A stretch of DNA of 32,000 nt from Prochlorococcus sp. MIT 0801 (GCF_000757865.1 NZ_CP007754.1:60001-92000), one strand, 5' to 3'; shown: positions 16,391 to 25,915, counted from the first letter of the stretch. The notes: generated by a model from the letters alone, not told the origin. Made by a program: numbers and translations.

Positions 16391-19300
16391 TCAACCAAAC
16401 CCTGTCATTTCAGTAAAGAGAGCTTTGTTCTCGGCTGACTCTGCAAAGCCAAGCAGTGCTTCGTATCTTGTTTCAGCTCCGCTATTAAGTTGACCTAACC
16501 AATAAATCAAACCACTCGTATCAGCCTCACGACCTAAAACATTTTTATAGAGAGTATTGACATAGGTTGAATCAGATACATCTTCTCCATAGCGTTGTTT
16601 AAATTCTGCAGACCCTAAAAAGGAGGAGGCAACCACTCTGATTGTATTTCTACCAGAACTGAAATTATCAATCCAATACTTCAATCCATCCGCATCAGGA
16701 AGACGCTTGAAGGAAGCGTTATAGAGGCGGAACATACGACCTGAATCTGTATTTAAACCAGTGACTTGATCAAATGTGCCTTTGATATCTGCGATTGCAC
16801 TCACATCATGGAATGAACTTGTAGTTGCTTCTCCCGTAAATTGTAAGGATGGGTAGCCAGTGATGTCGTCATACCCAGAATCAGTTTTGATTTGATAAAC
16901 GCCATTACCTTTGTTGTAGAACTTATAATCACTAAATTTACCGCTATAAGTTTTAACAACGTCTACTTTTGATTCCTCTACGGTTTGATCAGAAAATTGA
17001 ATGTATTCAATATTTTTGAGCGTATCAGTTCCATCAGTTGTTCCTGTTGTTCGTTGATCCGCGATTTGTAAGGTGTCTGAGCCACGGGTAAAGGAGTACT
17101 TAGAGAAGCTGCCAGAGTAGACAATGGTGTCTGTACCCGCTTTCCCATCAATCGAGTCATTACTACTTGTGCTTTGTATAATGTCAGTGCTAGATGTTCC
17201 TGAGATTGTTGCTGTGAACTCTTCCAGATCATTAACTATAAGTGTGTTGTATAAATCAGGAGAAGTTAAACCTTTTGCATCAGTGACTCTGACAACAACT
17301 GTATAAGTACTTTGAGCCTCATAATCAGGTGAAGTCTTGATTTTTAATTGATTACCATCTATATAAAAATTACTGTTACCTGAACTTTCTACATAACCAC
17401 CAATTAAGGAAAATGTATGAGTATCTGATTGATCTTCATCTACTGCTGAAATAATGGCAACTGTTGAATCTGCAGCAATATTTTCGTCAAAGTAATAGGA
17501 GGAGAAGTTCCATGACGTAGGTGCTTCATTGAGATCCTTGACAGACAGAGTGAATGCTTCGGCATAGGTTTCACCACCACTATCAGTTGTTTGTAAGCGA
17601 ATCTTGTAGGAGGATTTTGTTTCGTAATCCGGAGAGGCTTTAATTTTTAAGGATGATCCATCAATCGTAAAGGAGCTGTTATCTGTATCATCAGTACCGG
17701 TGACTAAAGAGTAGGTATGCGTATCGGATGTATCATCATCTGTCGTAGAGAGAGTTGCGACCGTAGAAGCAGCAGCAATATTTTCATTAAAACTGCTTGA
17801 AGATAAGGTTAATGCTGTAGGTGTTTCATTGAGATCATTCACCGAGAGTGTGAAAGCTTTAGCGTAGGTTTCACCACCACTATCAGTGACTTGTAAGCGG
17901 ATATTGTAGGAAGACTTTGTCTCGTAATCAGGAGAAGAATTTATCTTTAAATATGTTATTGCTACTCCTTTATAGATGGTGAATAAACTGTTATCGGTGT
18001 CACCATTACCACTGATTAAAGAGTAGGTTCGTAGATCGGAAGTATCAGCATCTGTACTACCTATTGCCGAGACGATTGTAGAGGCAGCAATATTTTCATT
18101 GAAACTTGTTGAGATTAATCGAAGGTCTGTAGGCGCTTCATTAACATCGGCAATAGTAGTCTCAATCCATTGATTAGAAGAATTCCCAGCGAGGTCTGTC
18201 GCTTTTACATATATCGAATAAATGCCATTGGAATTGCTATCAAGATGATTTTCATAATCAGGAGCATTATTAAACGTTAATAGACCAGTAGTGGAATTAA
18301 TTGAAAAGAATGTGGGGTCATTTCCTCCATTAATTGACCAAGTAACAGCTTCGTTGGCAGTAAAGGTATGAACAGTTGTCGTATTCTCATTGATTGTTTT
18401 CTTACTATTTTCCGCACCAGCACTTCCTGAAGGACCCGTAATTAATGGTGCAGTTGTGTCTTCATTAACATCTGCAATGGTAACTTCAATCCATTGATTA
18501 GAAGAATTTCCAGCGAGGTCGGTTGCTTTTATATATATCGAATAAATGCCATTGGAATTGCTATCAATTTTATTTTCATAATCAGGAGCGTTATTAAATG
18601 TTAATAGACCAGTAGTGGAATTAATTGAAAAGAATGTGGGATCATTTCCTCCATTAATTGACCAAGTAACAGTTTCGTTGGCAGTAAAGGTATGAACAGT
18701 TGTCGTATTCTCATTGATTGTTTTCTTACTATTTTCCGCACCAGCACTTCCTGAAGGACCCGTAATTAATGGTGCAGTTGTGTCTTCATTAACATCTGCA
18801 ATGGTAACTTCAATCCATTGATTAGAAGAATTTCCAGCGAGGTCGGTTGCTTTTACATATATCGAATAAATGCCATTGGAATTGCTATCAAGATGATTTT
18901 CATAATCAGGAGCGTTATTAAATGTTAATTCACCAGTAGTGGAATTAATTGAAAAGAATGTTGGGTCATTTCCTCCACCAATGGACCAAGTAACAGCTTC
19001 GTTGGCAGTAAAGGTATGAACAGTTGTCGTATTCTCATTGATTGTTTTAAAGGACTCTGATGCTCCAGCACTTCCTGAAGGACCCGTAATTAATGGTGCA
19101 GTTGTGTCTTCATTAACATCTGCAATGGTAACTTCAATCCATTGATTAGAAGAATTCCCAGAGAGGTCGGTTGCTTTTACATATATCGAATAAATGCCAT
19201 TGGAATTGCTATCAAGATGATTTTCATAATCAGGAGCATCTTTAAATGTTAATAGACCAGTAGTGGAATTAATTGAAAAGAATGTGGGATCATTTCCTCC

Positions 19301-20512
19301 ATTAATTGACCAAGTAACAGTTTCGTTGGCAGTAAAGGTATGAACAGTTGTCGTATTCTCATTGATTGTTTTCTTACTATTTTCCGCACCAGCACTTCCT
19401 GAAGGACCAGTGATTAATGGTGCTGTTGTGTCTTCATTAACATCTGCAATGGTAACTTCAATCCATTGATTAGAAGAATTCCCAGAGAGGTCGGTTGCTT
19501 TTACATATATCGAATAAATGCCATTGGAATTGCTATCAAGATGATTTTCATAATCAGGAGCGTTATTAAATGTTAATTCACCAGTACTAGAATTAATTGA
19601 AAAGAATGTGGGGTCATTTCCTCCATTAATTGACCAAGTAACAGTTTCGTTAGCAGTAAATCTATGAACACTTGTCGTGTTTTCATTAATGGTTTTAGAG
19701 GACTCTGATGCTCCAGCACTTCCTGAAGGACCCGTAATTAATGGTGCAGTTGTGTCTGCTGTTGAGTCTTCATCACCCCATAAACTCTTTAATGCTTCAA
19801 TGTCTACAAGAGAAAACCATGATTGATATTTACCCCATTCATCAGGGGCTCCATATGCCATCGCTGTTTCTTCTACTGTCGTAGAATATGTTGTGCCATA
19901 AACATCTCCATCGTTATTACTAAACGGATGCTCTAAATGAAGTGCATGACCTAATTCATGAAGAATTAAATGTTCCCAGAAATTACTTCCTTTATTTTTA
20001 TAATGATCATTATTCTTTGAAGTCAATGCAACTTCATGATTCATATATCCTAAAGAATCTGTTTCAGGATTCATTTGACCAGCATAACTAGATCCTGTTG
20101 TTGCATATGTATGTTCATAGATACTTATATTGGCATCTGTTCTATTAAATACGTATTGAAAATCTACACCTAAAATATCATCTAATTTAGCTATTGTTTC
20201 TTTTATAAAATCTATTCTATACGAAGGCATATTAAGAGCATCTATATAATAATTGTTATAAGTAGTTGAAACTCCCTCAGTATCAATCCATATATTAATT
20301 GTATTATTATTTATTTTAACGTTATCGTACCAACTTGAATCTTGTGTTAGATGATAATATTTAAGGCCAGAAGTTTGAGTAGTATTATTACTATTACTAT
20401 TACTATTACTATTATTATTTGAATTTAGAGTATTAAATGAATCAGATAAATTTACTTCACTATGAAGCAAGGAGATCAGTTCTGGATTAGAAGAATTGCA
20501 TAGAAAACACAA
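16391..20512 (-). CDS. Giant secreted/surface-type protein: metzincin protease domain, 5+3 cadherin-like repeats, RTX-like/DUF4214-like C-terminus
   Basis: HELGHALHLEH (HExxHxxGxxH) at 19928-19960. There are five near-identical 108-aa repeats with cadherin-like F.I...TG.L.....DYE and V.D.NE, then three diverged cadherin-like repeats. The C-terminal roughly 265 aa is shared with 20855..22546. The start is uncertain: TTG at 20512, and no ATG for about 90 codons. Confidence 0.8.
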   Translation of the reverse strand: MCFLCNSSNPELISLLHSEVNLSDSFNTLNSNNNSNSNSNSNNTTQTSGLKYYHLTQDSSWYDNVKINNNTINIWIDTEGVSTTYNNYYIDALNMPSYRIDFIKETIAKLDDILGVDFQYVFNRTDANISIYEHTYATTGSSYAGQMNPETDSLGYMNHEVALTSKNNDHYKNKGSNFWEHLILHELGHALHLEHPFSNNDGDVYGTTYSTTVEETAMAYGAPDEWGKYQSWFSLVDIEALKSLWGDEDSTADTTAPLITGPSGSAGASESSKTINENTTSVHRFTANETVTWSINGGNDPTFFSINSSTGELTFNNAPDYENHLDSNSNGIYSIYVKATDLSGNSSNQWIEVTIADVNEDTTAPLITGPSGSAGAENSKKTINENTTTVHTFTANETVTWSINGGNDPTFFSINSTTGLLTFKDAPDYENHLDSNSNGIYSIYVKATDLSGNSSNQWIEVTIADVNEDTTAPLITGPSGSAGASESFKTINENTTTVHTFTANEAVTWSIGGGNDPTFFSINSTTGELTFNNAPDYENHLDSNSNGIYSIYVKATDLAGNSSNQWIEVTIADVNEDTTAPLITGPSGSAGAENSKKTINENTTTVHTFTANETVTWSINGGNDPTFFSINSTTGLLTFNNAPDYENKIDSNSNGIYSIYIKATDLAGNSSNQWIEVTIADVNEDTTAPLITGPSGSAGAENSKKTINENTTTVHTFTANEAVTWSINGGNDPTFFSINSTTGLLTFNNAPDYENHLDSNSNGIYSIYVKATDLAGNSSNQWIETTIADVNEAPTDLRLISTSFNENIAASTIVSAIGSTDADTSDLRTYSLISGNGDTDNSLFTIYKGVAITYLKINSSPDYETKSSYNIRLQVTDSGGETYAKAFTLSVNDLNETPTALTLSSSSFNENIAAASTVATLSTTDDDTSDTHTYSLVTGTDDTDNSSFTIDGSSLKIKASPDYETKSSYKIRLQTTDSGGETYAEAFTLSVKDLNEAPTSWNFSSYYFDENIAADSTVAIISAVDEDQSDTHTFSLIGGYVESSGNSNFYIDGNQLKIKTSPDYEAQSTYTVVVRVTDAKGLTSPDLYNTLIVNDLEEFTATISGTSSTDIIQSTSSNDSIDGKAGTDTIVYSGSFSKYSFTRGSDTLQIADQRTTGTTDGTDTLKNIEYIQFSDQTVEESKVDVVKTYSGKFSDYKFYNKGNGVYQIKTDSGYDDITGYPSLQFTGEATTSSFHDVSAIADIKGTFDQVTGLNTDSGRMFRLYNASFKRLPDADGLKYWIDNFSSGRNTIRVVASSFLGSAEFKQRYGEDVSDSTYVNTLYKNVLGREADTSGLIYWLGQLNSGAETRYEALLGFAESAENKALFTEMTGFG
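18134..19753 (-). repeat. Five tandem 324-bp coding repeats (108 aa each)
   Basis: The unit starts with TTAPLITGPSGSAGA and ends with IADVNED. The period of 324 nt was read directly from recurring strings at about 18140, 18464, 18787, 19111 and 19436. Confidence 0.9.
20384..20419 (-). repeat. Hexanucleotide microsatellite (ATTACT)4 plus ATTATT variants, encoding NSNSNSNSN
   Basis: Read directly from the sequence. It lies in the 5' region of the giant gene. Confidence 0.85.
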
Positions 20513-20645
20513 TTGAGAATTCTCTCAGTTATTTTTATTGTATATCCTTTGTATACTTTATAGCTAAATGATCGCTCCTTTGAAATCTTTGAAACACCAG
20601 CCAACGCAAATGGTTCGACTGACGTGTCTTATTAAATTTATTTGG

Positions 20646-20850
20646 TCTATTTAGTTTCATTAGTTTTCATTTTTAATTGTTCTTCTAAAACCTTTTGCTC
20701 TCTTTCTTGCTTAGGTGTCAAAGGTATCTCGCTATCGCCTAGATCTAATTCGAAGACTCCACTACTACCCAAGTGATTGGTGTCTGATTGTGATGGGGTA
20801 GGGAGGGAAGAGGAGTGTGGTGGTGAGATCTAGTTGTAAGAGTTTGTTCA
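20646..20850 (-). pseudogene. Small ORF family member 2, frameshifted
   Basis: MNKLLQLDLTTTLLFPPYP is followed, after a +1 shift relative to copy 3, by SQSDTNHLGSSGVFELDLGDSEIPLTPKQEREQKVLEEQLKMKTNETK. Confidence 0.45.
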
Positions 20851-20854
20851 TTGC

Positions 20855-22546
20855 TTATCCGAAACCTGTCATTTCAGTGAAGAGAGCTTTGTTTTCTGCT
20901 GATTCAGCAAACCCTAAAAGCAACTCATATCTCGTCTCTAAACCACTATTCAAGTTTCCTAACCAATAGTTATAACCTTCTTGGTCATATTCCCTACCTA
21001 AAACATTGACATAGAGAGTTTCAACATACTTAGCGTTCGTAACATCTTCACCATAGCGTTGTTTAAATTCAGCAGAAACAAGAAAGGATGATGCCACTGC
21101 TCTATCATCATTTTCTCCAGATGTGTATTTGCCTATCCAGTACTTCAATCCATCAGAATCTGGAAGCCTTTTAAAAGCAGCGTTATAGAGACGGAACATC
21201 TTTGCGTCTTTTGTATTTAACCCAGTTACTTGATCAAATGTTCCTTTAATATCAACAATGGCACTGATATCTCTAAATGAGCTGGTTGTTGATTCTCCTG
21301 TAAATGTTAATAATGGTAGTCCTGTGATGTCATCAGTTGTTCCTGAGTTTGATTTAATCTCATATGATCCATTACCTTTATTGTAGAATTTATAATCACT
21401 AAAAATACCGCTATAGTTTTTAATAACGTCTACTTTTGATTCTTCTACTGTCTGATCAGAGAACTGAATGTATTCGATATTTTTTAGAGTATCGGTACCA
21501 TCATTTGTTGCGGTTGTTCTTTGATCTGCGATTTGTAGTGTGTCAGTACTACGTGTAAAGGAATAATCAGCAAATTTTGATGAATAAATACAAGTATCGG
21601 AACCTGCCCCACCATCAATTACATCATTTCCACCAGACCCTGTAATTGAATCTGCTCCATCTAGTGCATTGATTTCATTTGCCTCACTTGTTCCATTAAT
21701 AATGTCTGATGAATCAGTGGCTGAATTAGAAGTAAAGGTAAGCTCGGCTGCTACTAGTGAATATTCGCGATCTCCGAGAATTGATAGCGATGAGCTCATT
21801 ATAAGTCTCCATTTATTTGCCGAGTTAGAAAATAGTAGTCCAGTTGGATCAAGATAACTCTTTTCTGGAGGAGCCAAATTTGTCTCATTTATTTCCCAGG
21901 TGAGCCCATCATTAGAGACTCCAACATAAATTCCTTGGGATTGATCTGGAAGTGTTACAGGTGAGGAAGACATTATTGCTATCCAATCATTGTCCTCTGC
22001 TTTTAAAACCTCAAAGTCAACATATCCCCCTTCCACTCTTTTCCCTGAATCTACTAAAAAGTTTGTTCCTTTTGTAGTTGTTGAAGTTGCACTGAGGATA
22101 ACTTCATTGGCTAGTGTGGTCGCTTCAGTATCTGATTTTACCCAGTATATTCTCACTCTTCCATCTGGAAGAACAACTGAATCCGGCACACCCCAAGCCT
22201 CATCACCGTTGTGTGAGATACCTGTTGATGAAACTCCAGACAGACTTAATCCATCCTTTGAGATTAATGCTGTAAAAATTTCATGTTTCCCCGAATTAGG
22301 GTCCACTTCTATGTAATAGGCTCTACGTATTCCTTCTGTGGTGGTAACAATTGTAAGGTCTTGTATGAAATTAATTTGTCCTTCTTGGGTTAATTTAAGA
22401 TTAGTAGACATTGCAGCAATCGTTACTCCACCATTGCCGGTGTAATAGAGTTGATATGCTTCACCACTATTGTCTACATCATTTTCCAGGTGAGGACTGA
22501 CACCAAGTGTGTCAAGTTCTTGAATATTCTTAAGTGACCAAGTCAT
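20855..22546 (-). CDS. Asp-box (BNR)/beta-propeller-like protein with RTX-like repeat and DUF4214-like C-terminus
   Basis: SNDGLTW (SxDxGxTW Asp-box) and GSGGNDVIDGGAGSDT (GGxGxD). The C-terminal roughly 265 aa is paralogous to the giant protein and ends identically in FAESAENKALFTEMTGFG. Confidence 0.7.
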   Translation of the reverse strand: MTWSLKNIQELDTLGVSPHLENDVDNSGEAYQLYYTGNGGVTIAAMSTNLKLTQEGQINFIQDLTIVTTTEGIRRAYYIEVDPNSGKHEIFTALISKDGLSLSGVSSTGISHNGDEAWGVPDSVVLPDGRVRIYWVKSDTEATTLANEVILSATSTTTKGTNFLVDSGKRVEGGYVDFEVLKAEDNDWIAIMSSSPVTLPDQSQGIYVGVSNDGLTWEINETNLAPPEKSYLDPTGLLFSNSANKWRLIMSSSLSILGDREYSLVAAELTFTSNSATDSSDIINGTSEANEINALDGADSITGSGGNDVIDGGAGSDTCIYSSKFADYSFTRSTDTLQIADQRTTATNDGTDTLKNIEYIQFSDQTVEESKVDVIKNYSGIFSDYKFYNKGNGSYEIKSNSGTTDDITGLPLLTFTGESTTSSFRDISAIVDIKGTFDQVTGLNTKDAKMFRLYNAAFKRLPDSDGLKYWIGKYTSGENDDRAVASSFLVSAEFKQRYGEDVTNAKYVETLYVNVLGREYDQEGYNYWLGNLNSGLETRYELLLGFAESAENKALFTEMTGFG

Positions 22547-22639
22547 TCGGAAGTTGTTCCAATGCTCATTTAACTAACATATTACTTTTTATAGTTATAG
22601 AGAATTTTGGAAAGTATTTGTTGTATTTCCTTTAATAAA

Positions 22640-22864
22640 TCAGTAATCCTGCGGGATATAGATTGCATTTTGGAATAGCTTGATTAATTCATTGAAGTGC
22701 ATCTTTTCTTTCTTCTTCAACTTCTCTTCAAAAAGCTTTTGTTCTCTTTCTCGCTTTGTTGTCAAAGGTATCTCGCTATCGCCAAGATTTAATTCAAAGA
22801 CTCCTCCAGCACCAATATCTTCAGCAAATGTGAACCCATCAATCAATTCATTGATTCGGTTCAA
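22640..22864 (-). CDS. Small ORF family member 1
   Basis: ...EDIGAGGVFELNLGDSEIPLTTKREREQKLFEEKLKKKEK... The start is uncertain (TTG). It lies 93 nt upstream of 20855..22546 on the same strand. Confidence 0.4.
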   Translation of the reverse strand: MNRINELIDGFTFAEDIGAGGVFELNLGDSEIPLTTKREREQKLFEEKLKKKEKMHFNELIKLFQNAIYIPQDY

Positions 22865-23218
22865 AGGAGGAATTAGCTTTGCAGTTTTAGATCATGTCTT
22901 CACGATGGATGTGAGTGTGCAGCTGCTTATTTTCGTGTCTCAGAAGGTGCAATTGCTATATGCCTTAAGTCACTAACTGCTGTTGATATCTAGGGGTGCT
23001 GGCAATGAAAAGTAAAAACAGCATTCGACGCATTATCAGATTCACCGATGAAATGGGAATATCTCGAGTAAAAAGAATCTAAGTTGAAAAGAAGAGAGCA
23101 GGAAGCCAGCTTAAAGGTTTACAAAGAAAAGAAATATAGATAGTGCAAAAAATCCTATAAACCTTTGTTTAAATATGGAACCAAGAGATGGAAGCTCAGT
23201 CAATTCTGCTTCAGCCAA

Positions 23219-23809
23219 TTAGAAAGTGAAAAAATCCTCTGTTCGTTTTTGCTGAACCTGTAAAAAATTATTATTTTCGGAACTATTGTTAGTTGATAAT
23301 AATGGATCATTATAACTGATTTTTTTTATTTTAGTTTGAGATTGATTTGATGATTTTATTTGAGCTATTGATAATAAAGATTTTGTCGATTGATTCTCTG
23401 TCTTGATATTGACATGACTAGTGTTCACTCCTTTATATAAATTTTGGATAGTTGGGATCCTTAAAAGACTTGAGCCTCCTATGGCTACAACAACCAAACT
23501 ACCAATCCCCCAAAATTTTGAAGGTGGTATGAAATTTAGTTTTTTAATATTTGGCTTTTCTGATTTTTCGTGATTCACTGTTGCTGACTCAAGAGTTAAT
23601 TGATCCTCTGGCTTTTCTTTGACTAATTCAAGATGTAAATTATCGTCTACTTTTTCGACAAGTTGATTTGTTTGATTGTCGAGAATGTTGTGAAAGTAAT
23701 AACCTATGAATGCAAAGACAGTTAATAGAAAAAGTATCAATATTGCATCTGTAGGAATTGAAATTGTACTTGTATCGGTCAACTCAAGCTCAGTGATTCC
23801 AAGGGACAT
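23219..23809 (-). CDS. Hypothetical membrane protein (two hydrophobic segments)
   Basis: ILILFLLTVFAFIGYYF and IGSLVVVAIGGSSLL. I recognised no family. Confidence 0.45.
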   Translation of the reverse strand: MSLGITELELTDTSTISIPTDAILILFLLTVFAFIGYYFHNILDNQTNQLVEKVDDNLHLELVKEKPEDQLTLESATVNHEKSEKPNIKKLNFIPPSKFWGIGSLVVVAIGGSSLLRIPTIQNLYKGVNTSHVNIKTENQSTKSLLSIAQIKSSNQSQTKIKKISYNDPLLSTNNSSENNNFLQVQQKRTEDFFTF

Positions 23810-23946
23810 TTAAAATCTACAACTCTATTTATTAAAACTACCTCTAAAAAATATGGCTAGACTTCTTTACTTATCTATTTAATTTCAATGCGTATTAACA
23901 CTGGCTAGATAATTTGAAAGCGTGATTAGTTTTAGACAGAGTGTGA

Positions 23947-24279
23947 TTAGTTGGCTTCTATGACTTTTATTTGATTACCAGCATCACAGAATTTCATCAA
24001 CCCCTTTTCATACTCATCAGTAAACGTTTCGACTCTTCTTGCATACACGGCATTTGCATTTAAGTCTTCGATCATTTCATAACCGAAGAACTCAAATAAT
24101 TCCTCTTGATTCTTAAAGCATCGATTACTCCATTCATAATTCTTGTTCCCCTTCGCATTTTCATACTCATAGCTCTCATAAAAATAATCAGTGCCATAAC
24201 GCTCTACTAATGCAAACTCTTTTTGTTCTTCCTCTGGGAGTTTCTCATAAATACTCCCCCCCATTATCAAGACTGGCAT
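23947..24279 (-). CDS. Cassette A' gene 4 (paralogue of 12326..12658)
   Basis: 110 aa, collinear with copy A along its full length. Confidence 0.6.
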   Translation of the reverse strand: MPVLIMGGSIYEKLPEEEQKEFALVERYGTDYFYESYEYENAKGNKNYEWSNRCFKNQEELFEFFGYEMIEDLNANAVYARRVETFTDEYEKGLMKFCDAGNQIKVIEAN

Positions 24280-24506
24280 AAGTTTGTATCTTCAATTTTT
24301 TTATTCCACTCCTGAAAACTTGAACTGCAATTAGGCATTTCTGGATCTGGTCTGATACCTTTCAACTTTTTCCATCTGAGGTAGAGAGCGCCAAGCAACC
24401 AATTATCAGTTAATGACTTTGTACGATTTTTTAATAGGTTTTCTTGTTTCTTATTGAAATTTTCCGAATCAAGCAGTTCTTGTTTCCAATCTATTTTTTC
24501 AGTCAT
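24267..24506 (-). CDS. Cassette A' gene 3 (paralogue of 12646..12882)
   Basis: 79 aa, overlapping both neighbouring genes. Confidence 0.55.
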   Translation of the reverse strand: MTEKIDWKQELLDSENFNKKQENLLKNRTKSLTDNWLLGALYLRWKKLKGIRPDPEMPNCSSSFQEWNKKIEDTNLCQS

Positions 24507-24671
24507 TGACTTTTGCCCTCAACTTGTAGAAGGTTTCTTCACACCGACAAGAAACTCCCTTGTAGTGATCTGGGAAAGATTTCATCCAAGTAAGAATTGC
24601 CATTGTCACGGGATCACCTTTGATGTAAAAAACAACCTCTTTGTTTTTCTCATCTATGAAATAGGGAGGAA
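24323..24671 (-). repeat. Left arm of a 349-bp near-perfect inverted repeat
   Basis: It is the reverse complement of 30065..30413. I found a single substitution by eye (TAC versus CAC codon). Confidence 0.85.
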
Positions 24672-24678
24672 TATTCAT
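24499..24678 (-). CDS. Cassette A' gene 2 (paralogue of 12875..13057)
   Basis: MNIPPYFIDEKNKEVVFYIKGDPV... I chose the internal ATG at 24678 by alignment with the other two copies. Confidence 0.5.
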   Translation of the reverse strand: MNIPPYFIDEKNKEVVFYIKGDPVTMAILTWMKSFPDHYKGVSCRCEETFYKLRAKVND

Positions 24679-24869
24679 CACACTTTCCCCCATACTTCTT
24701 GATCTCATTCCAGTCAATTGTGACTGCGCCCTTGAAATCATGACGAAACGATTCCTTCATGATTGCTGGAATTACCAATCAATCTGGATAGATATTATGC
24801 AAATAAAAAATAACTTCCTTCTCTTCTTTCAAAACAATGTAATCATTTAAACCCCTTATGTTTTTTTAG

Positions 24870-25121
24870 TCATGCTGATTCCTTCTCATCAAAATTAGGA
24901 ACCGTCAATACATCATCTATTTCTTCAGAAATCGGGTTATACATCCACTCACCCATTTCACATAGAAGATGGAACCTGTCTTGAGGGTTGAGAGTTTTCA
25001 TTTTCTCGCAAGCATTCACCACACATTCATCCATTGCATTCATTATTTCTGTCTTCTTGCTCATACCTCTATCAACACACATTATGTTCAACAATAATTC
25101 TTCGGAAGGTTGATCAAGCAA
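24870..25121 (-). CDS. Hypothetical protein
   Basis: Open frame only. It overlaps the end of the recombinase remnant by 8 nt. Confidence 0.3.
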   Translation of the reverse strand: MLDQPSEELLLNIMCVDRGMSKKTEIMNAMDECVVNACEKMKTLNPQDRFHLLCEMGEWMYNPISEEIDDVLTVPNFDEKESA

Positions 25122-25640
25122 GTCCAGTTTGTTTCCTAATTGAACGATAATAACAACCTTCGTATCTTAAACGCAAAACCAAACTTTCTTTCTCATCATT
25201 TGTCTTTGGTCTGCCTCCAATATTTCCTCCTATTTCTCTTCTATGGTTAATGCTCTCTTGAGTTCTCTCAATCACCATCTGATGCTCTACTTCTCCCAGG
25301 CCAGATAAAAGACCAATGATGATTGGAGCAAACTTTCCAAGTGCTCTGGTATTAATCATTCCATCCGTTGTCCTTACATGAATGCCTTTCTCTTGAAGGT
25401 CGTAAAGAGTATTGATGCACTGCCTCTGATTTCTAAAACCCCTATCCAATTTGGTGAATACGATTTCTTCCCCTTCCTCAAAGGTTCCTAATGCTGCCTC
25501 GAGTTGTGGTCTTGCTTTATCCGCACTTGAGACAGTCTCCTGAAAAACAACAACGCAACCTCTTCAACTTGAGCAACAATAGAGATTTGTTTATTGGCGA
25601 ACTTCCTCGTATAGCCGATGCACTTGTATTCAAGTCTGTC
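25114..25640 (-). pseudogene. Small serine recombinase (resolvase/invertase family), decayed
   Basis: GCVVVFQETVSSADKARPQLEAALGTFEEGEEIVFTKLDRGFRN...GEVEHQMVIERTQESINHRREIGGNIGGRPK fits the resolvase core. The N-terminal IGYTRKFANKQ lies in another frame and has RKFA where the catalytic RVST-type serine is expected. The C-terminal HTH is truncated. Confidence 0.65.
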
Positions 25641-25850
25641 TCTAAACAGTAGTTTTCCTCTGGTGAACTTCTTTTTTATTGACCTGTTCTAGAAACTATG
25701 GTGTTTCTTATTGAATTACGTATGTAATTATCCTGCCAACCAAACAGTCTTTGAGTTTGATTACCACACCCTTTTTGGAACACAAATTTTTTCCAATATT
25801 TAAGATATTATTTTTGTTATTGCCATCTTGGTCTTGGATATATAAGAATG

Positions 25851-25915
25851 GGAATACAGAACAACTCCTCACACATAGTTCTGTGCCAAAAGAGCATCCA
25901 ATAGGGTGCTTTTTT
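25851..25915 (+). ncRNA. Yfr1-like sRNA candidate
   Basis: The undecamer ACTCCTCACAC lies at 25864-25874. It is flanked by the stem ACAGAAC/GTTCTGT and followed by an intrinsic terminator (GCATCC-AATA-GGGTGC plus T6). A TATATA/TATAAG -10 candidate lies at 25839-25846. Confidence 0.5.

Noticed and set aside
18134-19753. A regular 324-bp repeat array that could superficially suggest a CRISPR or satellite array.
   Set aside because: The repeats are contiguous with no unique spacers, they are far longer than CRISPR repeats, and they sit in frame inside one long ORF encoding cadherin-like domains.
22640-22864. Reading copy 1 of the small ORF family as a double-glycine leader peptide (…EDIGAGG|VFELNL…).
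   Set aside because: The GG lies in front of the conserved part rather than a variable core. No peptidase-domain ABC exporter or modifying enzyme is in the window, and the other copies have STGG or GSSG with signal-like N-termini.
15767-22976. ORFs 15767..15985, 16077..16280, 16978..17232, 17124..17306, 21669..21857, 21990..22316 and 22680..22976.
   Set aside because: They are embedded in or antisense to hupE, the small-ORF family or the two large genes, and have no independent support.
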